Origin: Alphaproteobacteria bacterium
Lineage (GTDB): Bacteria > Pseudomonadota > Alphaproteobacteria > CALKHQ01
Length of the DNA: 64,000 nucleotides
NCBI GenBank assembly: GCA_965227515.1
Contig: CBDDFZ010000001.1
Location: 3,200,001 to 3,264,000, forward strand
Reading direction: 5' to 3'
This document shows, in pieces, positions 11,283-21,216 of the stretch (position 1 is its first letter; every line of letters starts with the position of its first letter). The position numbers were made by a program, and so were the translations under genes. The notes below the pieces were generated by a model. The model was not told the origin of the DNA and made no database searches. It worked only from the letters and a program-made list of their open reading frames with translations.

Positions 11283-12071
11283 ATGACACATCAGAAGACC
11301 TTTGGCGCTTGCGTGGCGCTGGCCATGGCGACCCTGGTGCCGGGCACGGCGTCGGCGGACCTTGCCGATATTCTTGAGGAAGGCACCATCAGCATCGGTG
11401 TGCCGGAGAGCTTCCCGCCGTTCGGCTCGTTGGGCGCGGAGGGCGAGTATGTCGGCTACGACATCGACATGGCGACCCTGGTGGCCGAGGCGATGGGCGT
11501 CGAACTCGAGCTGGTGCCGATCACGTCCGACCAGCGCATTCCGTATCTGGAGACCGAGCGCGTGGACCTCGTGATCTCGTCGATGGGCGCCAATCCGGAG
11601 CGCGCCAAGTCGATCTGGTTCTCCAGCGCCTATGCCCCGTTCTACTCAGGCGCGTTCGCCGCACCCGAGCTGGACATTTCCGCGGTCGCCGACCTTGGCG
11701 GCTACACCATCGGGCTGACCGGCGGCACGCTTGAGGACCTGGCGCTGACCGAGGAAGCGCCGGAGGACGCGGAGATCATTCGCTTCGGCGACAACGCCGC
11801 GACCCTGGCGGCCTACACCTCCGGCCAGGTCGATGTGCTGGTCACCGGCAACACGGTTGCGGCGGAGCTGGCGGCCACTAACCCGGACCTCGGCGTCGAG
11901 ACCAAGTTCATCCTGCGCAACTCGCCGTGCTTCATCGGCGTCAAGCAGGGCAACATCGACCTGTTGCAGTGGGTCAACGTGCTGATCCTCACCAACAAGC
12001 TCTCCGGCACCATGGACGAGATGGCCGTCCAGTGGTTCGGCGAGCCGCTGCCCGACCTGCCGACGTTCTAG
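11283..12071 (+). CDS. amino acid ABC transporter substrate-binding protein (family 3)
   Basis: Signal peptide, PPFG..GYDID, RIPYL...VDLVIS. Confidence 0.9.
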   Translation: MTHQKTFGACVALAMATLVPGTASADLADILEEGTISIGVPESFPPFGSLGAEGEYVGYDIDMATLVAEAMGVELELVPITSDQRIPYLETERVDLVISSMGANPERAKSIWFSSAYAPFYSGAFAAPELDISAVADLGGYTIGLTGGTLEDLALTEEAPEDAEIIRFGDNAATLAAYTSGQVDVLVTGNTVAAELAATNPDLGVETKFILRNSPCFIGVKQGNIDLLQWVNVLILTNKLSGTMDEMAVQWFGEPLPDLPTF

Positions 12072-12072
12072 C

Positions 12073-12197
12073 GCATGATCATTTAAGTCGGCACCGGCCC
12101 TCTCCCCCACCCGGCCGCCCCGGTACCATACTGACGTGGTCGGCCGGGAGCGGGAGAGGGCTGGCGCAGACTTCCGCGCAAGCTGATCCTGATCTAG
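12073..12197. repeat. palindromic intergenic repeat family A, copy 1
   Basis: GCATGATCATTT..CGGCACCGGCCCTCTCCCCCACCCGGCCG...CGGCCGGGAGCGGGAGAGGGCTGGCGCAGA..GCGCAAGCTGA; near-identical copy at 35232. Confidence 0.8.
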
Positions 12198-12348
12198 TCG
12201 GCAGCCTGTTACACTCTCCCTGGCCGGCGTCTGCGTATGCGACAAATGCCGGCCGGGGGCTTGCGCATCACTTGACCTGGAGCATCGCGAAGCGTAGGTA
12301 ACCGCGCTGGATCGCCCGCCGCATTGCGGTGGAGCGCCCGATCTTTGT

Positions 12349-12426
12349 GGTGGCTGTAGCTCAGCTGGTGAGAGCGCTGGTTTGTGGTACCAGAGGCCGT
12401 GGGTTCAAATCCCATCAGCCACCCCA
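12349..12426 (+). tRNA. tRNA-His (GUG)
   Basis: G-1 + GTGGCTG acceptor stem pairing with CAGCCAC, C73, encoded CCA; anticodon loop TTGTGGT; T-loop GTTCAAATC. Confidence 0.95.
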
Positions 12427-12481
12427 AACTCCACCCGTCATTTCCCCAACTTGAGAAACACAGCTTGCGGGCCGGAGCCGG

Positions 12482-12850
12482 TCAGCGCACCTGCCATTCA
12501 CCGGCGGCGTCGCGGCAGGCGACGTGTTCCTGTCCTGTGGCGCTGCCTGCGGTGTGCTGATAACGCCGGCAATAGGCGCCATCGGCCGCCTGAAAGGTCG
12601 TGCGGACGATGATGGCGCCACGCGCGCCATTGGGCTCGGTCCACTCCAGCGTCTCGCCATCGGGCAGATTTTCCAAGGCGACCGGCAACGCGATCTCGCC
12701 AGCCGGTGTCGGAGCCGCTGTCTGGGAGCCTCCGAAAGAGGCAGAACGCGGGTTCGCACACGCCGCCGTGGCAAGGACAACGACAAGAGCCGTCAGCGCC
12801 AGCGCCCCACGCGCGCGCTTGCAATCCTGCGATGCGTTGCCAGGGATCAC
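12482..12850 (-). CDS. small lipoprotein, 17-kDa surface antigen (RT0821/Lpp0805)-like
   Basis: Lipobox TAAC; ALE..PDGETLEW...YCRRY...ACRDAAGEW. Confidence 0.7.
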   Translation of the reverse strand: MIPGNASQDCKRARGALALTALVVVLATAACANPRSASFGGSQTAAPTPAGEIALPVALENLPDGETLEWTEPNGARGAIIVRTTFQAADGAYCRRYQHTAGSATGQEHVACRDAAGEWQVR

Positions 12851-12851
12851 C

Positions 12852-13931
12852 TCACCGCCCCCTTCCATCGCCCTCAGCCGGCCCCGGCGCCTCCACGGCG
12901 GGCGGACCAACATCGCCATAGTTGATAATGAGGGTTTCGCTACTCGACGAATCGCTGCTCGACACGTTCGAGCCGACCCTGGACACGCTTTGCTGTGGCG
13001 CCCCGCTGCTCGGCGCAAGGTTCAGAAGATTGCCGGCCCCGCCGGTCGCATCCTCGATTGTATCGGTGATGCCGCCGGTCGTGTCTTCGATTGTATCGGT
13101 CACCCCGCCGGTCGTGTCCTCAATCGTATCGGTGAGACCGCCGGTCGTGTCCTGAAGCGTCTCCGTGGCTCCGCCGGTTGCACCGTCGAGGGTTTCGTCC
13201 AGCGTATCGGTCACGTCCTCCAGGGCGCCCGCCGCCCCTTCGGTCACGGTGTTGAGCAACTCGTTGAGGGGCTGGATGCCGGATTGCGGCAGGATCTCGT
13301 TGGCGGCTTCGTCCAGCGGATCGGATATCGCGCTCGCTTCGTCCGGGCTGAGCGGCCGTAACTCGATGGTGTCCGGGCAAGGGTCGTCGACCGATACCGT
13401 GAAACCGGCCGGCACATCGACCGCGGCGCAGCCTTCGATGCTGCGCACGTTGACAACACCCTCCGTCACGCTCACCGATGAGGCGTCATTGGTAATCGCG
13501 AACTGGGTCCCCTTCACACCGGCGATCAGGAACTCGGCGAACACCTCGAACGAGGGCCCACGCCGTGGCGACACCAGGTAATAGACATTGCCGCCCTGCT
13601 GATTGATGCGCGTGTCGGCCCCGCCCGCAGCCGGTGCCGGCAAGGCAAGTGTCGTGTTCTCGCGTATGCGGATGATGTCGCCGCCGCGGGCCAGCACGAC
13701 CTCGCTGCCGGAACTCACGGTGATGGCCTGGTATGGGCCGATCAGGTCGCCCGGGGCCATGGGGCCTGGCTCGTTCCAGGGGTTGGAGCCTGCGGCAAGG
13801 TCGGCACTGCCGCGCACGTCGATCACGGTCCAGTACTCGCTCAGCGAAACGCCAGCGTCCTGGGCTGCGGCCTGTACGGCGGCGAGTACGCCAATCAGGG
13901 CAGCCGCGACAGCGGCCACGTGACGCTCCAT
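12852..13931 (-). CDS. secreted FecR-domain protein with acidic Thr/Gly repeat tail
   Basis: Signal peptide; GNVYYLVSPR...FEV...IAGVKGTQFAI...VSVTEGVVNV is FecR-like. Confidence 0.75.
   Translation of the reverse strand: MERHVAAVAAALIGVLAAVQAAAQDAGVSLSEYWTVIDVRGSADLAAGSNPWNEPGPMAPGDLIGPYQAITVSSGSEVVLARGGDIIRIRENTTLALPAPAAGGADTRINQQGGNVYYLVSPRRGPSFEVFAEFLIAGVKGTQFAITNDASSVSVTEGVVNVRSIEGCAAVDVPAGFTVSVDDPCPDTIELRPLSPDEASAISDPLDEAANEILPQSGIQPLNELLNTVTEGAAGALEDVTDTLDETLDGATGGATETLQDTTGGLTDTIEDTTGGVTDTIEDTTGGITDTIEDATGGAGNLLNLAPSSGAPQQSVSRVGSNVSSSDSSSSETLIINYGDVGPPAVEAPGPAEGDGRGR
13039..13203. repeat. five 33-bp tandem repeats (DTTGG(L/V/I)TDTIE) in the FecR gene
   Basis: CCGCCGGT units at 13039, 13072, 13105, 13138 and 13171. 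Confidence 0.9.
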
Positions 13932-14257
13932 CGAGCGCCACCGCATCGCCCCCAAGGCGCCATCTCGCATGCCGCGTTGCCGCCGTTCCATGCTTGCTCT
14001 TACAATATTTCGACCCGGTCGCGTAAGGCAACTCGCCTTTGAATGATGGATATCATAACGACACTGGCCGGTTGTTGTCCTAGATTGGGTTGGGAACGCA
14101 ACGGCTCGATGGTTGCTGGGTGATTCAATTCAGGCGTGCAATCACGCTGGCAGCGTGACCTGGCCAACGCCCCCCATGATGTCGAACTGGTCCGCCGGGT
14201 CGCGGCCAGCGTCATCGCGCAGGAGACAGAGCTTCCAGGCTCTCCAACGTCGATAGC

Positions 14258-16873
14258 ATGTCCGGTCCGCAGCGCGACACGTTTCGGTTCCTGCCGCGTC
14301 CCGTTTGGGGCGGCATCGGCATTGCGCTGGTGCTGGGCCTGACGTTGCTGGCCCACAGCGCGGGCCTGACGCGCGCGGTCGACAATGTCGTGCGCGATGC
14401 GGGCTTTGCCGCGTTCCCGCAGCCGACATCGGGGCAACTGGCGATGGTCGTCATCGACCAGGGCAGCATCACCGCACTCGGCACGTGGCCCTGGCCGCGC
14501 GGTTATCATGCCGCGGTACTGTCGCGTTTGCAGGACGCCGGCGCCCGGCGGATCGGGTTCGACATTACCTTCTCGTCCCCTTCCCAGCCCGACGAGGACG
14601 ACAGTTTCGCGCAGGCTCTGGAACGCGCCGGTGATGCGGTCGGGCTGCCGATGTTCGCCTCCGCGCCGCTCGATTTCGGCTCCGGGGGCATTGTCGTCAG
14701 CGCGCCGCTGGCCGGCTTCTCCGAGCACGCGGAGACCGTGGCGATCAACCTGCGGCAGGGGGCCGACGGATTCGTCAGGCAACTGCCCTATGCACTGGCG
14801 TATGACGGCGAGACATATCCGTTCATATCGACCTGGCTTGCCGGGCTGCCGGTTCCGGACGACGCCGGACGGACCTATCTCCTGGACCTTGCGCTCAATC
14901 CCGACGACATCCAGCGCCTGTCCTACTACGACGTCATGACCGGCGCATTCGACCCGGCCGCCATTGCCGGTCGCGACATCCTGATCGGCGCGACGGCCCT
15001 GGATGTGTCCGACGACAAGAATGTGCCGCTTTATGGCAGCCTGCCCGGCCTGGCCGTGATCGCGCTGGGTTACGAGGCCCTGGTGCAGGGACGCGCCCTG
15101 CAAGAAGCGTCGCCGGTCGTGACCTATCTGTCGGTCGTGGTGATGGCCTTCGGTGCGATCATGGCATTCTCGTCGATGCGGGCGCTGAATTGCGCACTGT
15201 CGATGCTGGGTATCGCGATCGTCCTACTGGCGGCCTATCTCTTCTTCTATCTGGGCAGCGCCGTGGCGATCGAGGTGGCGCCGCCCGCGTTGGCGGCGTT
15301 GCTGGCGTTCGTACTGGTGATCGCGCTGCGCTATGCCGAGCAGCACTGGCGCTTGGCCGCGCAGAGCCGCGCGATCATCGACCGGCAGAACCTGTTCCAG
15401 ACCATCTTCGACAATGTCGCCATGGGGCTGCTGACCGCGGACAAGAGCGGCCGGGTGATCAGTGTCAATCCTGCGATGCTGCGGATATTTCGCTGCGAGG
15501 AAGCTGATGTTCTGGGCCAGAACATCAGCACGTTCATTCAAAGCCCGGATCTGGCGTTGGATGGCGGCCAGGATACGGCCGCCGGCACCTGGCAGACCGT
15601 CGCGGCGCGGCGCAAGGGCGGAGGCAACTTCAAGGCGGAAATCCTGGTGGTCGGCGCGCATACCCACGACCGCGAGATCAATGTGGTGTGGCTGCGCACG
15701 CAAGCGCCGCACGATGAATCGGAAGCTGCCGTTCAACAGTCGCACAAGCTGCAGTCCCTGGGCCTGCTGGCCTGGGAGGTGGCACGCAAGACGAACGAGT
15801 ACTTCGCGTCGCTGCAGGCCTATGCCGCGCGCGGACGCGAGGTGGCCGCCGCGGCCGACCCCGCCTCCCCGGTCCTCGCCGAGATCGCCAGGGTGGCTGA
15901 CCGCGGCGCCGATCTTACCGAGCACCTGCTGAAGCTTTCCGACGTTGACGAGGTTGCCGGCCAGGCGACCGACGTCAGCGTTGTCGTCAACCAATTGGCT
16001 CCATTGCTGCGGCATGCTTTCGGCGACCGGTTTCAAGTGACGCTGACGCTGGCGGACGACACCAACGTCGTGGCCGTCAGCCCGGCGCAGCTCGAGACGA
16101 TCATCATCGCGATTTGCGTCAGTGCGCGCGACGCGATGCCGGATGGCGGGTTGATCGCCATCGAGACCGCGCGTTTCGACTACGTGGCCGAGCAGGACTT
16201 CGTCCACGAGGGTCCTTTCTCCGTGATCTCGGTCACCAGTGCTGCCACCGGCCTGGACGGCATTCGACCCGCCCCGTCGGCGCCCAGTACGGTTGCGGCG
16301 CACTTGTCGGCCAGCGGCGCAAGCCTGGGCAGCATCTATCGGTTGGTGAACGAGATCGGGGGCCGGATCCAGATCGAGAGCGAACTCGGCGGAGAGACCA
16401 CGGTGCGTGTGTACCTGCCCGAGCGGCCTGCCGGCGACGCCCCGCCGCCCCTGGCCGATTTCGACATTTCCCGGCTGCCCAGCGGCTCGGAGAAAATCCT
16501 GATGGTGGAAGACGATGCGGTGTCGCGCCGCCACAGCACCACCGTGCTGCGCTCGCTCGGCTACAACGTGGTGGAGGGCGGCAACGTCGACATGGCGCTC
16601 GGGCTGATCGACCAGGGGGTGGAGTTCGACTTGCTGGTTGCCTCGACGACATTGTCGGAGAGCAGGGATGGCCAGACACTGGCCGCCTCCGCCCAGCGGC
16701 GCTGGCCGTCGGCCAGGATCCTCTACACGGCACCCAGAGCCAAGGCCGGCATGGTCGCGAAGACGCTGTTCGACCGCAACGCGGCCGTCGTCGCCAAGCC
16801 CTATACGCCATCCGACATGGCAACGGCCGTCCGCGCCCTGCTCGATGGCCGGCCAGGGGCCAGCCGGATATAG
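14258..16873 (+). CDS. CHASE2-PAS hybrid sensor with degenerate kinase and receiver (pseudokinase)
   Basis: IDQGSI..LGTWPWPR..GFDI (CHASE2), 3 TM, PAS (NPA), HK-like ARDAMPDGG and IESELGGETTVRVYLP, REC-like ILMVEDD...KPY. Confidence 0.85.
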   Translation: MSGPQRDTFRFLPRPVWGGIGIALVLGLTLLAHSAGLTRAVDNVVRDAGFAAFPQPTSGQLAMVVIDQGSITALGTWPWPRGYHAAVLSRLQDAGARRIGFDITFSSPSQPDEDDSFAQALERAGDAVGLPMFASAPLDFGSGGIVVSAPLAGFSEHAETVAINLRQGADGFVRQLPYALAYDGETYPFISTWLAGLPVPDDAGRTYLLDLALNPDDIQRLSYYDVMTGAFDPAAIAGRDILIGATALDVSDDKNVPLYGSLPGLAVIALGYEALVQGRALQEASPVVTYLSVVVMAFGAIMAFSSMRALNCALSMLGIAIVLLAAYLFFYLGSAVAIEVAPPALAALLAFVLVIALRYAEQHWRLAAQSRAIIDRQNLFQTIFDNVAMGLLTADKSGRVISVNPAMLRIFRCEEADVLGQNISTFIQSPDLALDGGQDTAAGTWQTVAARRKGGGNFKAEILVVGAHTHDREINVVWLRTQAPHDESEAAVQQSHKLQSLGLLAWEVARKTNEYFASLQAYAARGREVAAAADPASPVLAEIARVADRGADLTEHLLKLSDVDEVAGQATDVSVVVNQLAPLLRHAFGDRFQVTLTLADDTNVVAVSPAQLETIIIAICVSARDAMPDGGLIAIETARFDYVAEQDFVHEGPFSVISVTSAATGLDGIRPAPSAPSTVAAHLSASGASLGSIYRLVNEIGGRIQIESELGGETTVRVYLPERPAGDAPPPLADFDISRLPSGSEKILMVEDDAVSRRHSTTVLRSLGYNVVEGGNVDMALGLIDQGVEFDLLVASTTLSESRDGQTLAASAQRRWPSARILYTAPRAKAGMVAKTLFDRNAAVVAKPYTPSDMATAVRALLDGRPGASRI

Positions 16874-17219
16874 CCCCACAGCTTGCCTGCCGTGTGCCGC
16901 TGCGCTGTTCGGCGCATGCCCTATCGTTCAATTATTGCGAACACTTGAGTTCACAAGAAGTTGTGGATGGCTAATCGTGGCCGACTAGTGGAGAATTTGT
17001 GAATTGTGACGGTCGTCACTCGCAAACTTCCCTAACGATTTCTAAATAAGCAAACCGGTTTACCTTAATGGTTAATTCATCGGCATGGTTAATGATGAAC
17101 CAATTGGGGGCAGCGGAAGAAAGGTTTCGCCAACACGCCGAGACGGGCACTGAATACTGAGTTTGATCGTTGTCCGGAACGGGCACGGCGCGAACCGTAC
17201 AGCCATTGCGAGGTGTTCC

Positions 17220-18005
17220 ATGGCTTTGACATTCGACGACCGCCCACGCGCAGCACCTGAGTTCGCTGCGTTCGACCGACTGACCGACCCGCTGCAGACG
17301 CCTTGGCGTCCGACTATTGGCTTGCGCCAGATCGCCGAGGCGATGACGCGCAACCAGCACCTGCTGGTGCTGCGCTTCGCCACGTTCAACATGGCCGGTA
17401 TCGCCCTGTTCGCGCTCGCCTGGAGCATGGGCTGGATCGGCACCGTTGTTGCCGGCGACGACACCATGATCACCGTCGGCATCGCGCTGGTGTTCGCGGT
17501 CGGCCTGATGTTCGCGGGCCGACTGGCCTGGCGGATCAGTGCCGAGAACAACGCTGCGATCGGCCACCGGCGCGAGCGCTCGGAATGGATCGACAGCTAT
17601 CTGCGCGAGGTCTCGGCAAAGGACGCGGGCAGCCGCGCGATCGCGGGTTCGGCCCTGCGGCTGCGGCTGGCGAACCGCATCGGCTCGGTCAAGCAAATCG
17701 CCAACAGCCTGGTGCTGCTGGGCCTGATCGGCACCGTCATCGGCTTCATCATCGCGTTGTCCGGCGTCTCGGCGGAGACCGCCGCCGACCCGCAGTCCAT
17801 CGCGCCGATGGTGGGCGACTTGATCCGCGGCATGTCGGTGGCGCTCTACACAACGCTGGCCGGCGCCGTGTTCAACCTCTGGCTCATGGTCAACTTCCAC
17901 ATCCTGGCCGGCGGCAGCGCCCGGCTGGCGAGCCAGTTGATCGAGGCCGCCGAGCGCGAGGCCGGCAGCCGCGTGGCGCCCTACCGGGCGGCCGGAGCGC
18001 GCTGA
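17220..18005 (+). CDS. MotA/TolQ/ExbB proton-channel family protein
   Basis: LVLLGLIGTVIGFIIAL...GMSVALYTTLAG. Confidence 0.85.
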   Translation: MALTFDDRPRAAPEFAAFDRLTDPLQTPWRPTIGLRQIAEAMTRNQHLLVLRFATFNMAGIALFALAWSMGWIGTVVAGDDTMITVGIALVFAVGLMFAGRLAWRISAENNAAIGHRRERSEWIDSYLREVSAKDAGSRAIAGSALRLRLANRIGSVKQIANSLVLLGLIGTVIGFIIALSGVSAETAADPQSIAPMVGDLIRGMSVALYTTLAGAVFNLWLMVNFHILAGGSARLASQLIEAAEREAGSRVAPYRAAGAR

Positions 18006-18006
18006 C

Positions 18007-18618
18007 ATGCTGTCGCTCAGCCAGTTCGACGACTCCAGCGAGGATGACGGCACGGTCTTTCGCGATGTCATCATGCTGGTGCTGTTCGGGTTCGTGACCA
18101 TCGTCGTGCTGCTGCTGCCGCACCTGAACCCACCGGTCGAGCCGGCCGAGGACATCCAGACGCCCGGCAACATCATGGTGGAAGTGCGCTGGCCCGACGA
18201 CGTCGACGCCGATGTCGACCTTTGGGTCGAGGCACCCGGCGATGTGCCGGTGGGTTATTCCAACAAGGACGGCCAGTACTTCAACCTGCTGCGCGACGAT
18301 CTAGGCCAGCGCAACGACCCGGCCGGCCTCAACTATGAGGTCGCGTTCAGCCGGGGGGTGCCCGAGGGCGAGTACACCGTCAACCTTCACCTCTACCGCA
18401 AGCGCGGCGACATCGGCCCGGTCGAGGTGGTGGTCGTCGTCTCGATCCGCGACGACGAGACCGACAAGACGATCCACTTGCTGGACCGCACCGTTACCCT
18501 GTCCAACCTGGGCGAGGAACTGACCGTCGTGCGCTTCAGCCTGGACGAGGACGGCGAGATGGTCGAGGGCAGCATGCACAATCTGCAGCGCAACCTGCGC
18601 ACGTCGAGTGCGGGCTGA
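18007..18618 (+). CDS. single-TM ExbD/MotB-like partner with periplasmic YfaP/DUF2135-like domain
   Basis: N-terminal TM FRDVIMLVLFGF carrying an Asp; W.DD..ADVDLWV..P...YSNK...DDLG...NYE...GEYTVNLHLY. Confidence 0.7.
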   Translation: MLSLSQFDDSSEDDGTVFRDVIMLVLFGFVTIVVLLLPHLNPPVEPAEDIQTPGNIMVEVRWPDDVDADVDLWVEAPGDVPVGYSNKDGQYFNLLRDDLGQRNDPAGLNYEVAFSRGVPEGEYTVNLHLYRKRGDIGPVEVVVVVSIRDDETDKTIHLLDRTVTLSNLGEELTVVRFSLDEDGEMVEGSMHNLQRNLRTSSAG

Positions 18619-18636
18619 GGCGGGCCGGAGAAACCC

Positions 18637-19110
18637 ATGGAACCTGCGATCCCGATCTTCTTCGCCATTGTCGCCCTCGGCACCGCGCTGGCGACCCTGA
18701 CCATTTGGTCGCGCCGCCGGCCGGCCGCGAAGGTCGCGGCGGTCGGTCTGACGGGCGCCCTGTTCATCTCAGGTTACTTCTCGCTAGTCGAGCTGTTGGG
18801 CCGGCCAAAGCCGATCGACCTGGAATGGGGGCAGCCGGACCTGGCCGACGCCACGGTGCTTGGCTCCGACATGCGCGAGGACGAGGCGATCTATCTGTGG
18901 CTGCGTTTCGACGGCGTGGACGTGCCGCGGGCCTATGTGCTGCCGTGGAGCCAGGATCTGGCGCAGCAGCTCCAGTCAGCCACGCGCCAAGCCGAGGAGG
19001 ACGGCACCGAGGTGCGCATGCGCGAACCGTTGAACGGCGATCGTCCGGACGACGAGGAGCCGGTCTTCTATGCCCAGCCGCAATCGCCGCTGCCGCCTAA
19101 GCCCGCCTGA
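18637..19110 (+). CDS. hypothetical membrane protein (2 TM)
   Basis: Good RBS (GGAGA); two hydrophobic helices, LGRPKP, IYLWL, PRAYVLPW, Pro-rich C-terminus. Confidence 0.75.
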   Translation: MEPAIPIFFAIVALGTALATLTIWSRRRPAAKVAAVGLTGALFISGYFSLVELLGRPKPIDLEWGQPDLADATVLGSDMREDEAIYLWLRFDGVDVPRAYVLPWSQDLAQQLQSATRQAEEDGTEVRMREPLNGDRPDDEEPVFYAQPQSPLPPKPA

Positions 19111-19362
19111 TTGCGATTACCCGAAACGACGCCAACAACCGCAATATTGATCTGGAAATTCGTGGCTGGTTGAAACTATCTGGCAATTTGTCGGCGGGTA
19201 TACCGACAAACACTTGATTTCCGGGCGTTTGCGGCACATCTTCCAGACACAGCATACGATTCATTTCGGTGCCGGCACATTGCGCGTGGTTCATGAAAAC
19301 TTCATCACGTCGCGCGCGCCTGCCACTTCTCATACACACTCACACCTGTTGCAGGGGGATTG

Positions 19363-20895
<1,533 letters not shown>

Positions 20896-20954
20896 TTGCC
20901 GCGCACGCCTGACGACACCAAGCCCGACGACCACCCAGACGGAGAGCGGATGTC

Positions 20955-21194
20955 ATGCAAACGATCTTTGTCATGGTGAAGTGCGAACTCGGCCGCGCCT
21001 ATGACGTGGCCGACGAGGCGGTCGCGGTCGAGGGCGTTTCGGAAGTTTATTCTACATCAGGGCAGTATGACCTGTTGTTGAAGTGCTATCTGGACGATGA
21101 CGACGACATCGGCCACTTCGTCAACAACGAGGTCCAGAAGCTGAGCGGGGTGAAGGACACCTTCACCCTCATCACCTTCAAGGCATTCACCTGA
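20955..21194 (+). CDS. Lrp/AsnC ligand-binding (RAM) domain protein, no HTH
   Basis: EVYSTSGQYDLL...GVKDTFTLI. Confidence 0.85.
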   Translation: MQTIFVMVKCELGRAYDVADEAVAVEGVSEVYSTSGQYDLLLKCYLDDDDDIGHFVNNEVQKLSGVKDTFTLITFKAFT

Positions 21195-21216
21195 CCGCCC
21201 CCTGGCGGCCCTTCCC

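Noticed and set aside
13039-13203. 33-bp periodic repeats as a CRISPR array
   Set aside because: No unique spacers, in-frame coding, and no cas genes
12410-19110. Integrative island at tRNA-His
   Set aside because: No integrase, no duplicated tRNA 3' end seen, and GC content resembles the host
17220-19110. Zorya or flagellar stator
   Set aside because: No ZorA long tail, no OmpA-like peptidoglycan-binding domain, and no zorC/D/E or flagellar genes
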